Of a DNA stretch of 64,000 bases, positions 25,901-39,220 are shown in pieces. The DNA is from Octopus sinensis. Taxonomy: Eukaryota. The position numbers were made by a program, and so were the translations under genes. Position 1 is the first letter of the stretch, and every line of letters starts with the position of its first letter. The stretch is taken from positions 85,746,001 to 85,810,000 of the forward strand of contig NC_043001.1 of NCBI RefSeq assembly GCF_006345805.1. The letters run 5' to 3'. The notes below the pieces were generated by a model that ran no database searches, was not told the DNA's origin, and worked only from the letters and a program-made list of their open reading frames with translations.

Positions 25901-27953
25901 TATGGTTGCACATCCACATCATCTTAAATGGATATTATAAAATGTGTTGCATAAACATATCCAACCGTATACTAGTAGCAATTTTCCTGCAGTAAATAAT
26001 GAGAATAAAATATATATCATCCCAAAGAATGCTAAAGTTCTGTGTGTATGGTTCAACAGTCAGTATTCTTTCTATCTGGCTCTATATTTGTAGGGAGAAC
26101 TCACGTAATTAAAGTATAAGATTTAAACACACTTATACGCCATTTTTTTTTACTATAATTAGTCTTTCAGATAACGACTCTCCTTATCACCAATAGTGCA
26201 GTATTAATTCAAATACTTGGTTTACAAATATCCTACTAACCACTTTAATTTTAAGTTTCCATGCAGCGGTCATCTATATCTAATTTCCCGTAATCATTTA
26301 ACATATAAAACCATTCATTGTTCAGTGACATAACTCCTAACAGTTCTCAAATTATTAATGATTTTTATGTAACATTTCACAATAAATTAATTATAACGTA
26401 ATTAATTTTAATTTCATCTAATATCGAATTTGTCGTCCCAACTATTGTTTACCTGAACTAGACGTTTAATTAATAATTTCATATCCATGTCAGTAATTTT
26501 AATGAATTGAGTTTCTTAATGTACTAAACAATGTTCGTTAACACCTACATCGCATACTCACTCTCTGCAACAGAAATTCTAACTTGTTATTTGCATAAAG
26601 GTGGGATGTTCACTACTCTATCGCTTTTGACCATAATTTTTTCTTAGAAATCACCCATATTTTCCCAATTGGACCTTTGAAATCGTTCTAACAGACAGCT
26701 TATCTAACGTCACTTAATGAGTGATACCATCGTATGTGTTCCCCTAGGTCACCAGTTGTTAGATAAACGGTGCTGTAATTATTACGTCATAAAGAATAGA
26801 CGTCTTTTGTACATTCTCTAAATTGTCATTCAGCTCTTTTAGTGCTATGTGTTGCAGAATTTCATTGCTAAATCGTTACAGAAGCATGCCCTGCAATAAA
26901 AATGTCGAAGATGGTGGAAGATTTATACGACTGGTTTAAGCGTTCGTTGATCTCAACCATCAAAGTCTGCATCTACCCAGCCAACGCTGAATAAAGTTAA
27001 TCAATAATGGCAATAAAAACAGAAGGGTAGTGGAAGAAACAAACTCACGGTTGTATGGATAATGTATCCATCGTGTCATTAGATCAACCACAAGTGAACT
27101 GGAATAAAGCATTTCGTTTTAGCACAATAATTGCCGGTGTTTCAGTGTTTAAAATGCTTTTTGTGTTAAAATGCCTTTTATAGTATGGTGCTTATTTTCA
27201 TCTTGGGATAATGAAAATTTCACATGTAAATATCTTTATTCCTAAGCACAGAGCAGTGTAAGTGATTGAGTATATCTCACAGGTTCCAAGATTTGGAAAT
27301 CCGTTCTTATACTCACAGATGAGATAAGAAATATTTGTATAAATATTTCGGTAATCATACCTCGAAATGACACGATAAGTTAGGGTTACATTCTCATTAA
27401 CTATCAAACTTTATATAAGCATTAAATAAAATTATACTTTACAATATAGGCATCAATTTAAAACAGTGTTAGTATATCCTGTGTACATCTTTTGCTATCT
27501 AAGCACTCACAATATGACCATGCTTAGTTATAGAGGTTTAATAATACTGCTCTTGTCCACAGTTATCACCATATTACCAAGGATGAAGCTAACTTCCTAC
27601 TGCTTTCCATATTTAATAAATGATAACTAATTAAAATTTCGCTTTCATCTCCCCTAACTTTTTTAATATTAAGTATTTAGAATTTTCAGTCTTCATTACT
27701 GACGGCACGATTTTAATTAAAACTTTTGGCCTAATTACGTCTTCTATACTAACACCCATTTTACGTATAATCATTCCAAGCTTGTTTATAAAAACTACCG
27801 TAGGAGAACATTTGTAACTATTTCATATATTCTGTTTCAATAAAATATTCTGTTTCAATAAAAGGGGCGGTGACTGTCTAAGCACTTTGCTCCATATCTT
27901 CTCAACTCGTCTATCATTGAATGATCTCTTGAAGCTATTCTAGAAATCATTCT

Positions 27954-27988
<35 letters not shown>

Positions 27989-30900
27989 TACTTTACTCCA
28001 ATAATGTGGAAATCTACTGCTCTTACAATCATGATTAAAATAGTATTATTATATGTATCTTGGCAACTATCCAACTAATTATCTTTGTGAAGGGTTTTTA
28101 TCATTCGATGCTGAGGATTCAGTTGATTGACCATTCGAATTACCTGCACCTAGATTAAGTTGTAAAAGGCTGAGAATTCTATAGACATGCATACCATTAA
28201 CTTAATTTTCAAATTAACAACTAAAATTTTAATGTAAATGATATTTGATATAAGTACTATTTCCACACAGGAAAAGAACAATAATTTTATCAGTAGGTCT
28301 GTTGGTGATTTCTCTCTAAAATTAGTGCTGACACAATCTGATATTCTTTATATTATATAACTGTTGACTTATGAACAGATTGTCAAAAAAGCTTCAGTGA
28401 TTTTTATATTTCCATGTATAAACTTTGTTTCTGTTAACTTTAATTTCAGGAATGCCATGTTCTATGTTACCAGTCCTGGAGATTGATAACCGAACCCAGT
28501 TTCCTCAAAGTATGTCCATCGCTAGATACCTGGCCAGAGAATTTGGTAAGTCGAACCAGCGTTCCTTTAATAAGCGCTAAAATATTTCAATGAATTTAAA
28601 AGGAAAATGAAAATATACTACTTGGTCTCATATACTATAAAATGTAAAATTATAGGCTATTCAGTTTGTATGCTCTCTGACAAGAACTTGTCACTAGTAC
28701 TCTAAGTTCATTTCCGGAAGTTCATTGCGGAAGTTTTAACTGTGCTTCACACGGTAGCAAAGCGATTCTCTTAACCATACAGCCATTCCTGCGACTACTT
28801 TGACGCGTCCAAAGTAGAAGAGTGCCGGACTAAATGCTCTAAAATATTTTGCTTCGTACCCTTTTATTTTAAATTCACACCCATCAATGTTAAGTTCGAC
28901 TTAACAATTCTGAGATTTATAAAATAGGTACCAATATTATATATATACACACACACCAATGATATATCAGTGAACAGCACGGCGAGCTGGCAGAATCGTT
29001 AGCACGCCGGGAAAAATGCTTAGCGACATTATTGGTTTCTGGATTCAATTACCGCTGGGATCCTTGCGTTTCATTCTTCGGGTCGATAAGATAAGTACCA
29101 TTAGGACACTAGGATCGATGTGATGGAGTCAGCGCCTTCCCCGAAATTTCTTGACTTGTGCCAAAATTTGAAACCAATATTGTAAATATACTGCGCAGGC
29201 GTGGCTGTGTGATAAGAAGCTTGCTTCCCAGACACATTGCTCCAAGTCCTGTTCCACTGTGTGGCACATTGGGCAATTTTCTTCTAAAATCACGGGTCGA
29301 CCAAAGCTTTGTGAGTGGATATGATAGAGGGGGAAATGATAGAAGCCCGTTGTATGTGTGTGTGTGTTCTGTGTTTATCTCCCTACGATCACCGCTTGAC
29401 AACTGGTTTGGTGATTTTACGTTCCTGTGACTTAGTGATTCAGCCTATAGATGGAACCAATAGAATAAATACCGGGCTTTAAAAATAAGTTGTGGGGTCG
29501 ATGCCTGCGACGAAAAATTTAAAACAGTGCCCAAGCATGGCCGCAGTCAAATGACTAAAACAAAGTAAAAAATATAAAAGATACCAATAACATTAATGAA
29601 CAAGGCAGGGAGATGGTAGAATAGTTAGTACGCTGAGCGAAATACCTAGCGTCATTTCGTCCGTCTTTACGCCCTGAGATTCAACAGTCACTGGGGTCGA
29701 TTTGCCTTTCGGCTTTTGAGGTCGATAAAATAAGTACAATTTGAGCGCTGAGATCGATGTAATCGATTTAGCAATTCCTTCGACATTGCTGGTCATGCGC
29801 CAAAATCTGAAACTAATATTATATAAAAAATACACTAGGATTAATATGGCCAAGCTAAAATTTCATGTTTATAATATTCAAATGCTTCATATTTTTAAAA
29901 GGTTTCCATGGAAAAAGCAGCATGGAGATGGCCAGAGTTGACTTCATCTCGCACTGTTTCTATGACATCATGGATGACTACATGAGGATGTACCAGGACA
30001 GAGAAGGAAGAATGAGGGTGAGGAATTTCAAACTTTTTAATGCCTAAATTAAAAGCCGATGGTTGCAGTGGTTATCGATGTCATTTCTATGTATTGGTGA
30101 TTTTAAGTCAACGTTGAGTAAAGGTAGAGTTTGCCTGTGCATGTGCTAGGGTTTACAATTAGTGGAAACATGGTGGATAATATCAAGTAAAAGAAAGGAC
30201 AGCATTGCGTTTCGTCCTTCAGAAGGTATATAATCGACTATATATATATATATATATACATATATACACACACATGTATATATGCACACACACACACATA
30301 CACGCACAGAAAGGGGGGGGGGCGAAAGAGATGGAAAAAAGACTATTACACATATAGATGTATATTGTACGTGTACATGTGTGTGTGTCCGTGCGTATAT
30401 ATGTATTTATGTATGTATACTATGCAGACTTCGAATATATGCGTATGTAAGGAGAATAACAGCTTAGTGTGCGAAAAGCCCAAGTGGACAGACGATACAC
30501 AAACAAACACACACACACAAACGCCATTTTAAAATGAGACTGAAACTGCAAAATACAATAATACAACAAAGTATTCTGCAATTGTGAGCAAACCTTTATT
30601 TTAGGCCTAATACAGGATAATCTTGTGTAGCTTTACAGGTGTATTTAATCAAGCCTGTACAAGATTACGCGCTACTTGCTGATTATAAAACAAGTAGAGT
30701 TACCTGCAAATGCTGTTCGAGCTTTGTATACTTCAGCAGACAGTAACATTCACAAGGATGCATTAAATTGTGGCTATAATAGGTATATACTGTCACCATG
30801 TCGTACAATGAGTTTCTACTGAGACGTTATGATTGCTATATAGGGACACAGATCTTTGTATTTTCTCATTTATATACACTGTGTTATGCGCGTGATGATG

Positions 30901-31918
30901 TAATGTTTCCTTTCTCTTAACAAAACCAAACCATTAACTAGACCAATTGTGTTCTCATACGCATATTCGAAGCACATATTCATTAATGCGTGGATATATG
31001 CATGCGTGTGTTCATATATCGATTTACTCCTCGCTTTAGGGAGGACAGCAATTTCGAAAATCATTGTTCAAGTTGAAATCGTTTAAAACTTGGGAGATAT
31101 AGCATAGAAACTAAATAAGAAAATTATTTATTGAAATGCAGTGCACGTGTATTCAGATATACATAGGAGCACTCCATCGGTTGCGACGACGAGGGTCCCA
31201 GCTGATACGATCAACGGAACAGCTTACTCGTGAAATAAACGTGCAAGTGGCTGAGCACTCCACAAACACGTGTACCCTTAACGTAGTTCTCGGGGAGATG
31301 CAGCGTGACATAGAGAGTGACAAGGCTGGGCCTTTGAAATACAGGTACTACTCATTTTTGCCAGCTGAGTAGACTGAAGCAACGTGAAATAAAGTGTCTT
31401 GCTCAAGGACACAACGCGCCGCCGGGAATTGAACTCACGACCTTACGATCATAAACCGAATGCCCCTAACCACTAAACAACGTGCCTTCACTCAGATATA
31501 CATACACCCATGCATACTGATAAGTGGGTACTGCCATTATATTGGGTTTTATTGTTCTCTCCAAAATAGTAGAGCATTTTCTATTGTTTTCACAATGTTA
31601 CTCCGTACATATGGTGTGTACGCAAAAATTATTCCAAATCCATCGATTATACAAGCTCTGATTCTCTCTTGTTGTTCTTCATATGTTCTAGTAGCGTCTT
31701 TGTTTATGTTAAACTAATTTACAGTTTCTGTTGAAATTGATTTAATCGATTAATGGTAATTTTCAAAGAAATCAATTATTTTATATTTAAATACCTTCTT
31801 ATAAAACATAAGAAGATGATTCTAACATTAGCCCGGTTAAGCCTGTTGCCTACACGGTAAAAGGAATACGCTGAAGGACGAAAATACTTGAAATGTGTGT
31901 GTGTATATGTATTTGTAT

Positions 31919-31965
<47 letters not shown>

Positions 31966-31987
31966 TGTGTGTGTGTTTGTGTGTATG

Positions 31988-32023
<36 letters not shown>

Positions 32024-32125
32024 TAAACTGGTATGCTCCACTTACCCTAAGCCTACAACTTCAAGTAAATAAACCATATACCCTCACATATACATATATA
32101 TATATACATACATACATACATACAC

Positions 32126-32161
<36 letters not shown>

Positions 32162-33374
32162 GCGTGTGTGTGGTGTGTTATAATAACAGAAAGAAAAGCG
32201 GGCTCAGAAGTGACAAGCCTTAACAAATACTGTATCAGCTTCGCGCTCAAATGGAGGAGAAAAAGTCTAAACGTATCAGACGAAAGTACTTTATAAGAAA
32301 AATCTCAAATAATAGCCATATCAGAGGAGAAAGTGGAACAGTAGTTGAGAGAAGAAAAATGCGTATTATCTATTATACCTTCTCATCTTATTTCTTTTCT
32401 TATACATATATGTTTCTTCTATTTTCCAGTTCGAAAGGAATCAAGATATGAGTTGTTCCGTAAGTATTATCATTATTTATTTTCTAAAAATAGCTTTCAT
32501 ATGTTAGGTTTTGAAATGAATACAAAGATTCCCATTGCATAGTTCGTCTTACCTCAGATTGATTCGGGTGGCTTTTAACAAACAAATTGTTTAAAATTTA
32601 TAGAAGAAATCAATTTGTGTACCAAGAATTATCAGAAACTGATTTTAGATTAGTCTTAATTATAAAATGGGTGCAACATCGTTGTAATATCCTACAATAT
32701 CAAAAATACCTCTAGATTTTAATATTTCTTCATTATCTCATTTGTACTGCTCTATGTTTATAGTTACTGTCTAGTAACCTACTTCCGTACTATGTCTAAA
32801 ATAATGTATTACAGTGTCTACTCCATATAAGAAAATGCACCATGTTACGTAAAATTATTCCTTATTGCTAGTTTCGGATTTTAATCATCTAATTTTATCT
32901 ATTTTTTCCAGCCTGAACGTCGCATGAGATTCCGTGAAACCTGCCAAAGGCTTCTCCCGTATTTGGAGAGAACACTTGAAATGCACAACAGTGGAAATCA
33001 ATATTTCATGGGAGACCAGGTACATAATTTCTTGATCCGTTGTGATTCAGTCATCATGGATTCGAAATATCTCGAAAATTATCATGTTACACTGTTAGGT
33101 TCTTCATTGAATATGACTGGCGATAAGTTTAGGCTCAAAGAATGCTGAATGTTAGCAAATGATTAAGCGAAGATATTTGGATATAATTTGACCAATGTCT
33201 TGTAACATTGGCGCAAAAATGGATGTGTAATTAAGGAGCTTGTATTGCAACCTGACGGTTTGGGGTTCAGTCTCACGTGTGGTACCATGTGTAAGTGGTT
33301 TAGACCCACAAATATCTTGTGCGTGAATTTGGTAGACGGAAACTATGCGCGAGTCCGACGTACCGTTGTATGTA

Positions 33375-33414
<40 letters not shown>

Positions 33415-35282
33415 TGTGTGTGCGTGTGTGCGTGTGTGTGTGTGTATGTGTGTGTGTGGTGTGTGTTTGTGGTATGTGTGTGTTGTCTTTGTGTTTCTTA
33501 CCCAACTTCATAACCTGTGTGATTTTGTTTGAGTCCCCATAATTTATCGGTACGCAAAAGAGACCAATAGAATAAATACCAGATTAAAAGTGTAAGTATT
33601 GTGGGAGAATCGTTCGACTAAACCCGTCAAGGTGCTCTTCTGTCATAGTTTCAGTCCAGTGACTGAAACACATTAAAATTAAAATATAAAGAATATTTTA
33701 TGCCACGTAGTTAGACGAAATCTGCTGTAGATTTTCCCAGTATTTTTGTTGGTATTTGGCGAAAAGAAAGATGTTTCTGTGTCTGGATTAGATCGCTTCT
33801 CTATCAGGGGTTCTGTCCAATGGATCGGTTCCATTATAGTACAACAAGCGTAGGACACATCCATCAGAAACATAGTGTCCTTTCAGTCTGCATTAAGAAA
33901 AAGTACCTTATTATCGTGCCAGTATACATTTAAGACAAATGAGTCATTAATAGTTTTCATAGCAGAACAGGCTGTTATGACCGTTCTAGACCTTTTACGT
34001 TGACATTGTTAAATTTTCTGGGTTTTTTTTTCATATTAAATGGCCAGAATAGCCAGCACAATAACCTTTACGTATCTGGGTACAGCCAGCTGCTCCTTTT
34101 CCATTTTCGTATGCAAACTGAAAATGGCACTATGTTTTCAACTTAGCTCAACGAAAGATAACCCCTATGCTTTAGCACTGTCTAGTTGAAGCATATTATC
34201 CCGAATAATCTTTTAATAATATTTTATTATTCTTAACAAAAGAGATTATAAGTGACCGTTAAAACAGTTAGATTCGAATGCCAAATCTTGACTTCTATGC
34301 TCTTTGTAAACAGGAAGATTGGGGCTCTGAATATACCATTGATCATAAGTCTGCTCGATCAGCATGGACATCAGGCAAAGCAACAACTGCGAATGAGATA
34401 CATTACTAAATCTTGTATTGGTAGAAAGTTAAAGAAAGCGAGAATAAATGAGAGCAGTTAACAAATTACGTAGTTTCGGGGATTGTGATATTACACTGGA
34501 TGCGGCGGGTATTATTCAACTCTACTGCAAAGTTGTATTGTATTATATCGGTACATCTGCTCTGAAGTTATAACATTGTTTCAGTTTATGTTATTACATT
34601 ATATGCTATTACATCTGATTTAAAGATTTAATCTAATTTTACATATCAAATTTATTTCATATTTATACGTTATTTTGATTACCTCACATCTCTCAAGATA
34701 TAATACGTTATATAATTATATTTTATTGCGTCTTCACATCTGCTATATATTTTATTTTTTCTAGGGTGATAGATTAGCTGAATGGTTAAAGCCACAATTA
34801 TTTACTTATATCTCTTTACTTTCCGAGTTCAAATACCTCTATAACTGACACTATTACTTTTCACAATTGAGGGCTTGAGTAGATAAGTTACAGGGTCTAT
34901 TTAATCGACTATACGCACCGACCACCCCCAAAATTTGTGGATTTATATCACACTGTCAGAAATACTTATATTTTAGAACGATACATCTGCTCTAGTGATA
35001 TAGCACATTCTATCATTACATCTTTATTATAAAAAATATCGAATACACTTTTTCACCAACAGAAATGCGATTTTATCCCTATTTCAATTGATATAATTTT
35101 TATTTTTCTTGTCGCAGATGACTATGGCTGATATGATGTGCTACTGTGCTCTTGAGAACCCCTTAATTGAAGAACCTTCTTTCCTCAGCCGTTACCCCAA
35201 ATTGCAGTCTCTGAGAAACCGCATCCAAAACCACCCAAAGATTTCCATGTACCTTAGGAGTCAACCACGTACCGAATTTTAA
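22255..35282 (+). CDS. S-crystallin (glutathione S-transferase sigma-derived cephalopod lens crystallin), 6 coding exons, 215 aa; span of the spliced CDS
   Basis: join(22255..22387,28450..28545,29902..30017,32430..32459,32912..33019,35118..35282) = 648 nt, in frame, all introns GT..AG. Translation: [219 protein letters not shown]-domain motifs (Y8, RGRAE, W39, PVL, QS) and the S-crystallin-type C-terminus are recognisable. Confidence 0.95.
23074..25016. repeat. three-copy 646-bp tandem repeat in S-crystallin intron 1
   Basis: anchor taggaatactggttgaatgg at 23074, 23720, 24366 (period 646); copies joined through (CATA)n. Confidence 0.95.
28450..28545 (+). CDS. S-crystallin coding exon 2 (R45-F76)
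   Basis: acceptor tttcag|; [31 protein letters not shown]; donor G|GTAAGT. Confidence 0.95.
28981..29820 (+). mobile_element. three adjacent SINEs in intron 2 (~28981-29170, ~29193-29575, ~29603-29820)
   Basis: two GGCGAGCTGGCAGAA-type heads and one GCGCAGGCGTGGCTGTGTG-type head, each recurring elsewhere in the window. Confidence 0.7.
29902..30017 (+). CDS. S-crystallin coding exon 3 (G77-R115)
   Basis: acceptor ttttaaaag|; [39 protein letters not shown]; donor |GTGAGG. Confidence 0.92.
31165..31490 (-). mobile_element. tRNA-derived SINE with CORE-like domain in intron 3
   Basis: aagtgtcttgctcaaggacacaacgc resembles the CORE domain; A/B-box head at the right end; core shared with 53580-53732. 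Confidence 0.7.
32430..32459 (+). CDS. S-crystallin coding exon 4: 30-nt micro-exon encoding the central loop peptide [10 protein letters not shown]
   Basis: polypyrimidine acceptor tgtttcttctattttccag|, perfect donor |GTAAGT, phase 0/0; peptide resembles the loop of octopus S-crystallins. Confidence 0.85.
32912..33019 (+). CDS. S-crystallin coding exon 5 (P126-Q161)
   Basis: acceptor attttttccag|; [36 protein letters not shown]; donor CAG|GTACAT. Confidence 0.95.
33205..33680 (+). mobile_element. SINE of the GGCGCAGG..GTGGCTGTGTGG family with internal (TG)n in intron 5 (related copies ~1740-1960, 4150-4310, 37240-37400, 38040-38210, 60900-61330, 61695-62135)
   Basis: shared body (gtgagtggatttggtagacggaaact..agaagcccg) and tail (gcatggccgcagtcaaatgactgaaac). 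Confidence 0.6.
35118..35282 (+). CDS. S-crystallin coding exon 6 (M162-F215, stop TAA)
   Basis: acceptor tttttcttgtcgcag|; [54 protein letters not shown]. Confidence 0.95.
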   Translation: MTMADMMCYCALENPLIEEPSFLSRYPKLQSLRNRIQNHPKISMYLRSQPRTEF

Positions 35283-35661
35283 ATGTGAAATCCACAATAA
35301 TAACGTGAATTTCTCGCATGAAATCAGTAACACGAACAATAACAACCGAAGATACTTAAAAGTCACAACAAAACACATCAGTTTTTATCAATGTGAACCA
35401 GTTTCTCTGGTGTCTAAAATTTTAATGTAATAACACACAAAAATGTCTCAATAATTCAGTTATTTTCTTTTTCTTCTTCATTTTAAGAAATTGTTGCTTT
35501 TTTTCTTACCTTTCAAAGGAAAACACATCTCTGTTGCAATACACTGAAACCGAAAATTTTCTGACAATTCCAAACCTGTCAGAGAATGTTATATAACTAC
35601 AAAGCTATGGCATTTAGTGAAATTTCTTGTAATCTTTTAACAATCAGCTTACCAAGATTCC

Positions 35662-35667
35662 AATAAA
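35662..35667 (+). terminator. candidate polyadenylation signal of the S-crystallin mRNA
   Basis: AATAAA ~380 nt after the stop codon; a second AATAAA lies at ~35757. Confidence 0.35.
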
Positions 35668-37442
35668 AAGAAACACAAAATGGACATTTCTCTCAAATTC
35701 TCTTTAATAATAGTTATCTTTTATGATCTTGAAGTTCTACTAAATATATTTCAAGAATAAATACCGACAAACTCGATAGGATGTCACATTAGTAAACAAA
35801 CATTCGACTATTCATACTACAAGAACTGGACTGCGTGATGTCTATGGTGAAAAATAATAATAATTTCACTCATACTAACTATGTCTATATAACTATAAAT
35901 TCATTTAATTAAAAGCATAGCGTTCATTTCAACAGATTACGCAGAATACATTTGATAAGTATTTCATTAGATTCCAGTACATGGTTTGAATGATACCATG
36001 AAGAACCGAGAGAAGTGGGCCTGCTACTAGTTCGTTTGTTTTATATAAATATTGTTAGGATACCAAAAGTTCACCGGCTAATTTTATTAGGGTGTAATCA
36101 AGTATACTAGAACAAGTATAAATGCCTACTCTAGGTAACTAGTTTCCCATACACTTAAGAAGATGATGTCAAAATTCAGAAACGGTAAATTTTCAGTATC
36201 ATTTACTGAAATTCTTCTGGAATCTTCATATAAGAGTTCACTGGAGTTGATCACTGTTTTCTTATAAATCTTAAATGCAGACAACTAATAGTAAACAAAC
36301 CAGCTATGAACGCAAAAAGTAATGTTTCATTTGAAATTAATTAATCAGGATTACTACAGATTAATGCCTTCGGTCTAAATATTAAAACAAATTAACACAT
36401 CAGTTGGTGACCTCAGGAATCCTTCCTGGGTCTAAATATTACAACTGCACGATTCATTGGAAAATAGATTCAAACCTTCAACTTGGATTGATTTTATTTA
36501 TTGCAACAGATTGAGTAGTATAATCTCATCACGTAGTGGTATAACCAGTATAATCTTATCACAACACCAATTGTTTCATTCCCACTGTCCTGTCGGTTTC
36601 TCCAATCAAACTAGACATCAAGAATCTAGTTAAATCAGAAGCAGGCTGATATTAGCAAAAGCCGACTGAATACCTTCATAAAATATATTAAGTCCCCTTT
36701 GCAAAAATAGAAAAGAACGCTAGTGTTTTGCACACAGCCTTTACTAGTGGAGAGATCACAAGGATTCCTGAACAAATGCATAAATTCTTCTTCTCTTTAT
36801 GCCCGAATACAATCGATTACTTACATTTTAGAAGATAAATGGCTTCCTGAGAATTTTCAATGAAATCGCTGTTTCAGTTTTCCGTAGGTTTCTTTCTTAA
36901 CATAAAATAGCACCTATATTCAGAAAGTTACTTAAGAAACGTTAGCCGTATTGGAAAACTTTATTCTGTAACAATACAGTACCATCCAAAACACGGAGTT
37001 CCTCTACCTAGTAGCTTCATGCTCTACAACTAACATTCTAATCTTTATTAAATCACGGTTTACCATCTTACAACGTAGAAGAATACATTCGAGTATATTA
37101 ACTTAAATACACCATGTCTGAATAAATGACGTAATAGTCATTGTTGGAACGTCTTTTCGCCATTGATCTCCTCAACCGTGCTTGACCTGGTGCCAAGCAC
37201 CGTTCAATAAAGGAGATTTCTGAAGACTTACTACTTGGATGTGCAATAAGAAGTTTGCTTCCCACCACATAGTTCCATGCCCGATCCCATTGGGCGACAC
37301 TTTGGGACATTGTTTTCTACCGGAGCCCCGGGCCGACCAGAAAATTGTGAGTAGATTTGGTAGACGGAAACTAGAAGAAGCCCATCATATATGTTTCTAT
37401 GTATCTGCACGCGTGTGTATGTGTCTGTATGTATACGTGTAT

Positions 37443-37495
<53 letters not shown>

Positions 37496-37649
37496 AGATA
37501 TCCCATAGAGGGTTGCATTTACAACCCCTATCTCAATTTGTATATATATATATATATATAAAATATTCGGGAATATTATTCCAAACTTACAGGGAAAAAT
37601 TCAATTTAGTAATACTAAATCAAATTTTACAATATATAATATATGTATA

Positions 37650-37964
37650 TAAATTAGAGAAGAACCATCTTTTATCAATCCAACAATGAAATAACAATGA
37701 TATAATTCAATTATACCATATAGAAAAAAATTAAATATACAATAAAAACATATACCAATAATTAAGTAAAGTACAAAATAATAAATAAAAAGTATATGAT
37801 TGGTATATCAATTTCATTTGTAATTAATCAAACTGATTGAAGTATATAATTATTGGTATATGTTTTTATTGTATATTTAATTTTTTTCTATATGGCATAA
37901 TAATTTAATTATATCATTGTTATTTCATTATTGAATTGATAAAAGGTGGTTCTTCTCTAATTTA
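37650..37964. repeat. AT-rich fold-back inverted repeat (~115-bp arms, ~80-bp spacer)
   Basis: 37650-37764 (aaattagagaagaaccatcttttatcaat...cataccaataatta-like arm) is the near-perfect reverse complement of 37847-37964. Confidence 0.85.
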
Positions 37965-37982
37965 CACACATACACATATATA

Positions 37983-38042
<60 letters not shown>

Positions 38043-38870
38043 TGTGTATTTGTACCCTCACTGTTTGACATCTCTAGTGGTTCAGCAAGAGAAAGACAGA
38101 ATAACTACCAAGCTTAAAAATATAATTTGATTTATTCGTTTGAGTAAAATCCTCCAAGGCGGTGCTCCAGCATGGTCGCAGTCCAATGACTGAAGCAAGT
38201 GAACGAATGAAACATAGTCAGAATGAAACATCGTCATATAGCATTAAGACTTTCATGTGTAAGCGATAAACTTCAAACATTTAATGATACATCATTAAAG
38301 TGTTGAAATCTTAGTGCAGAAATACGGTAGTAGAAATAACACTGGGATATAAACTTTGAAATGTAAATGATACAACATTGAAAGGGATGAGTGCTTAATG
38401 CCGGAGGTAAGAGAATTAACACAGAGCTAAGAGAATCGGAATGTAAAGCTCAAAATTTTATGTCATTAAAAGAGTTGAGTGTTTAGTGCAGAAGTAAGGT
38501 AGAAGACGTAACATAGAAATAAAGAGTGTCGCAATAAATAATTACTAGGCGTAATTTTGTGGCGTTGATCACGTCCACAGACATTAGTGAGCAAAGTGTA
38601 GTGCCAGTACTTTAATCACGAATTTGAACTTTGCTACTGATGCGCTTCACCTGCCTGTTAGGAAGAGTAGTCATACACACGTGCACGCGCACACGCTTCA
38701 GATTACATCCTACTGTCATCTAGTAGATTCCTGAAAAGAGAAGAACATGAGGATGATGATGATGATTAAATGAATTTACCATAATTCTACTGGATTGGGA
38801 TCGAATTTGTCTAATTAAACAAATAATAATAATAATAATAATAGTAATAATAATAATGATAATAATAATA

Positions 38871-39120
38871 AATTCAAAAGATGGTGCTCATGGGAACTGC
38901 TCATATCCTACGCACAATACTTTCTATGTAATCTCAATTTTTAAAACAAACATAATTTTCTTATGTTTTCTTAAACATTCTCTAGAACAACAGTAGGTAC
39001 AAAACCAAATATATGGCACCCTAAGCATAACACCAACATGAACTTCCAGCTTCTCTCTTGAGGCCTCTGGGTGAGACTTGGAGCCAACTTATACAAATGT
39101 AAAGCAAAAGTCAAACATAG
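38871..39120 (+). mobile_element. R4/Dong family B, extreme 3' end and 3' UTR
   Basis: IQKMVLMGTAHILRTILSM* plus UTR matching 55583-55830; (AAT)n on both sides. Confidence 0.85.
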
Positions 39121-39186
39121 AATGATAATAATAATAATAATAATAATAATATAATAATAATAATAATAATATAATAATAATAATGA

Positions 39187-39217
<31 letters not shown>

Positions 39218-39220
39218 AAA

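Noticed and set aside
30018-32429. Search for alternative or mutually exclusive loop exons in intron 3
   Set aside because: The other AG..GT candidates I checked (~30069, ~30640, ~30737) were not multiples of 3 or contained stops.
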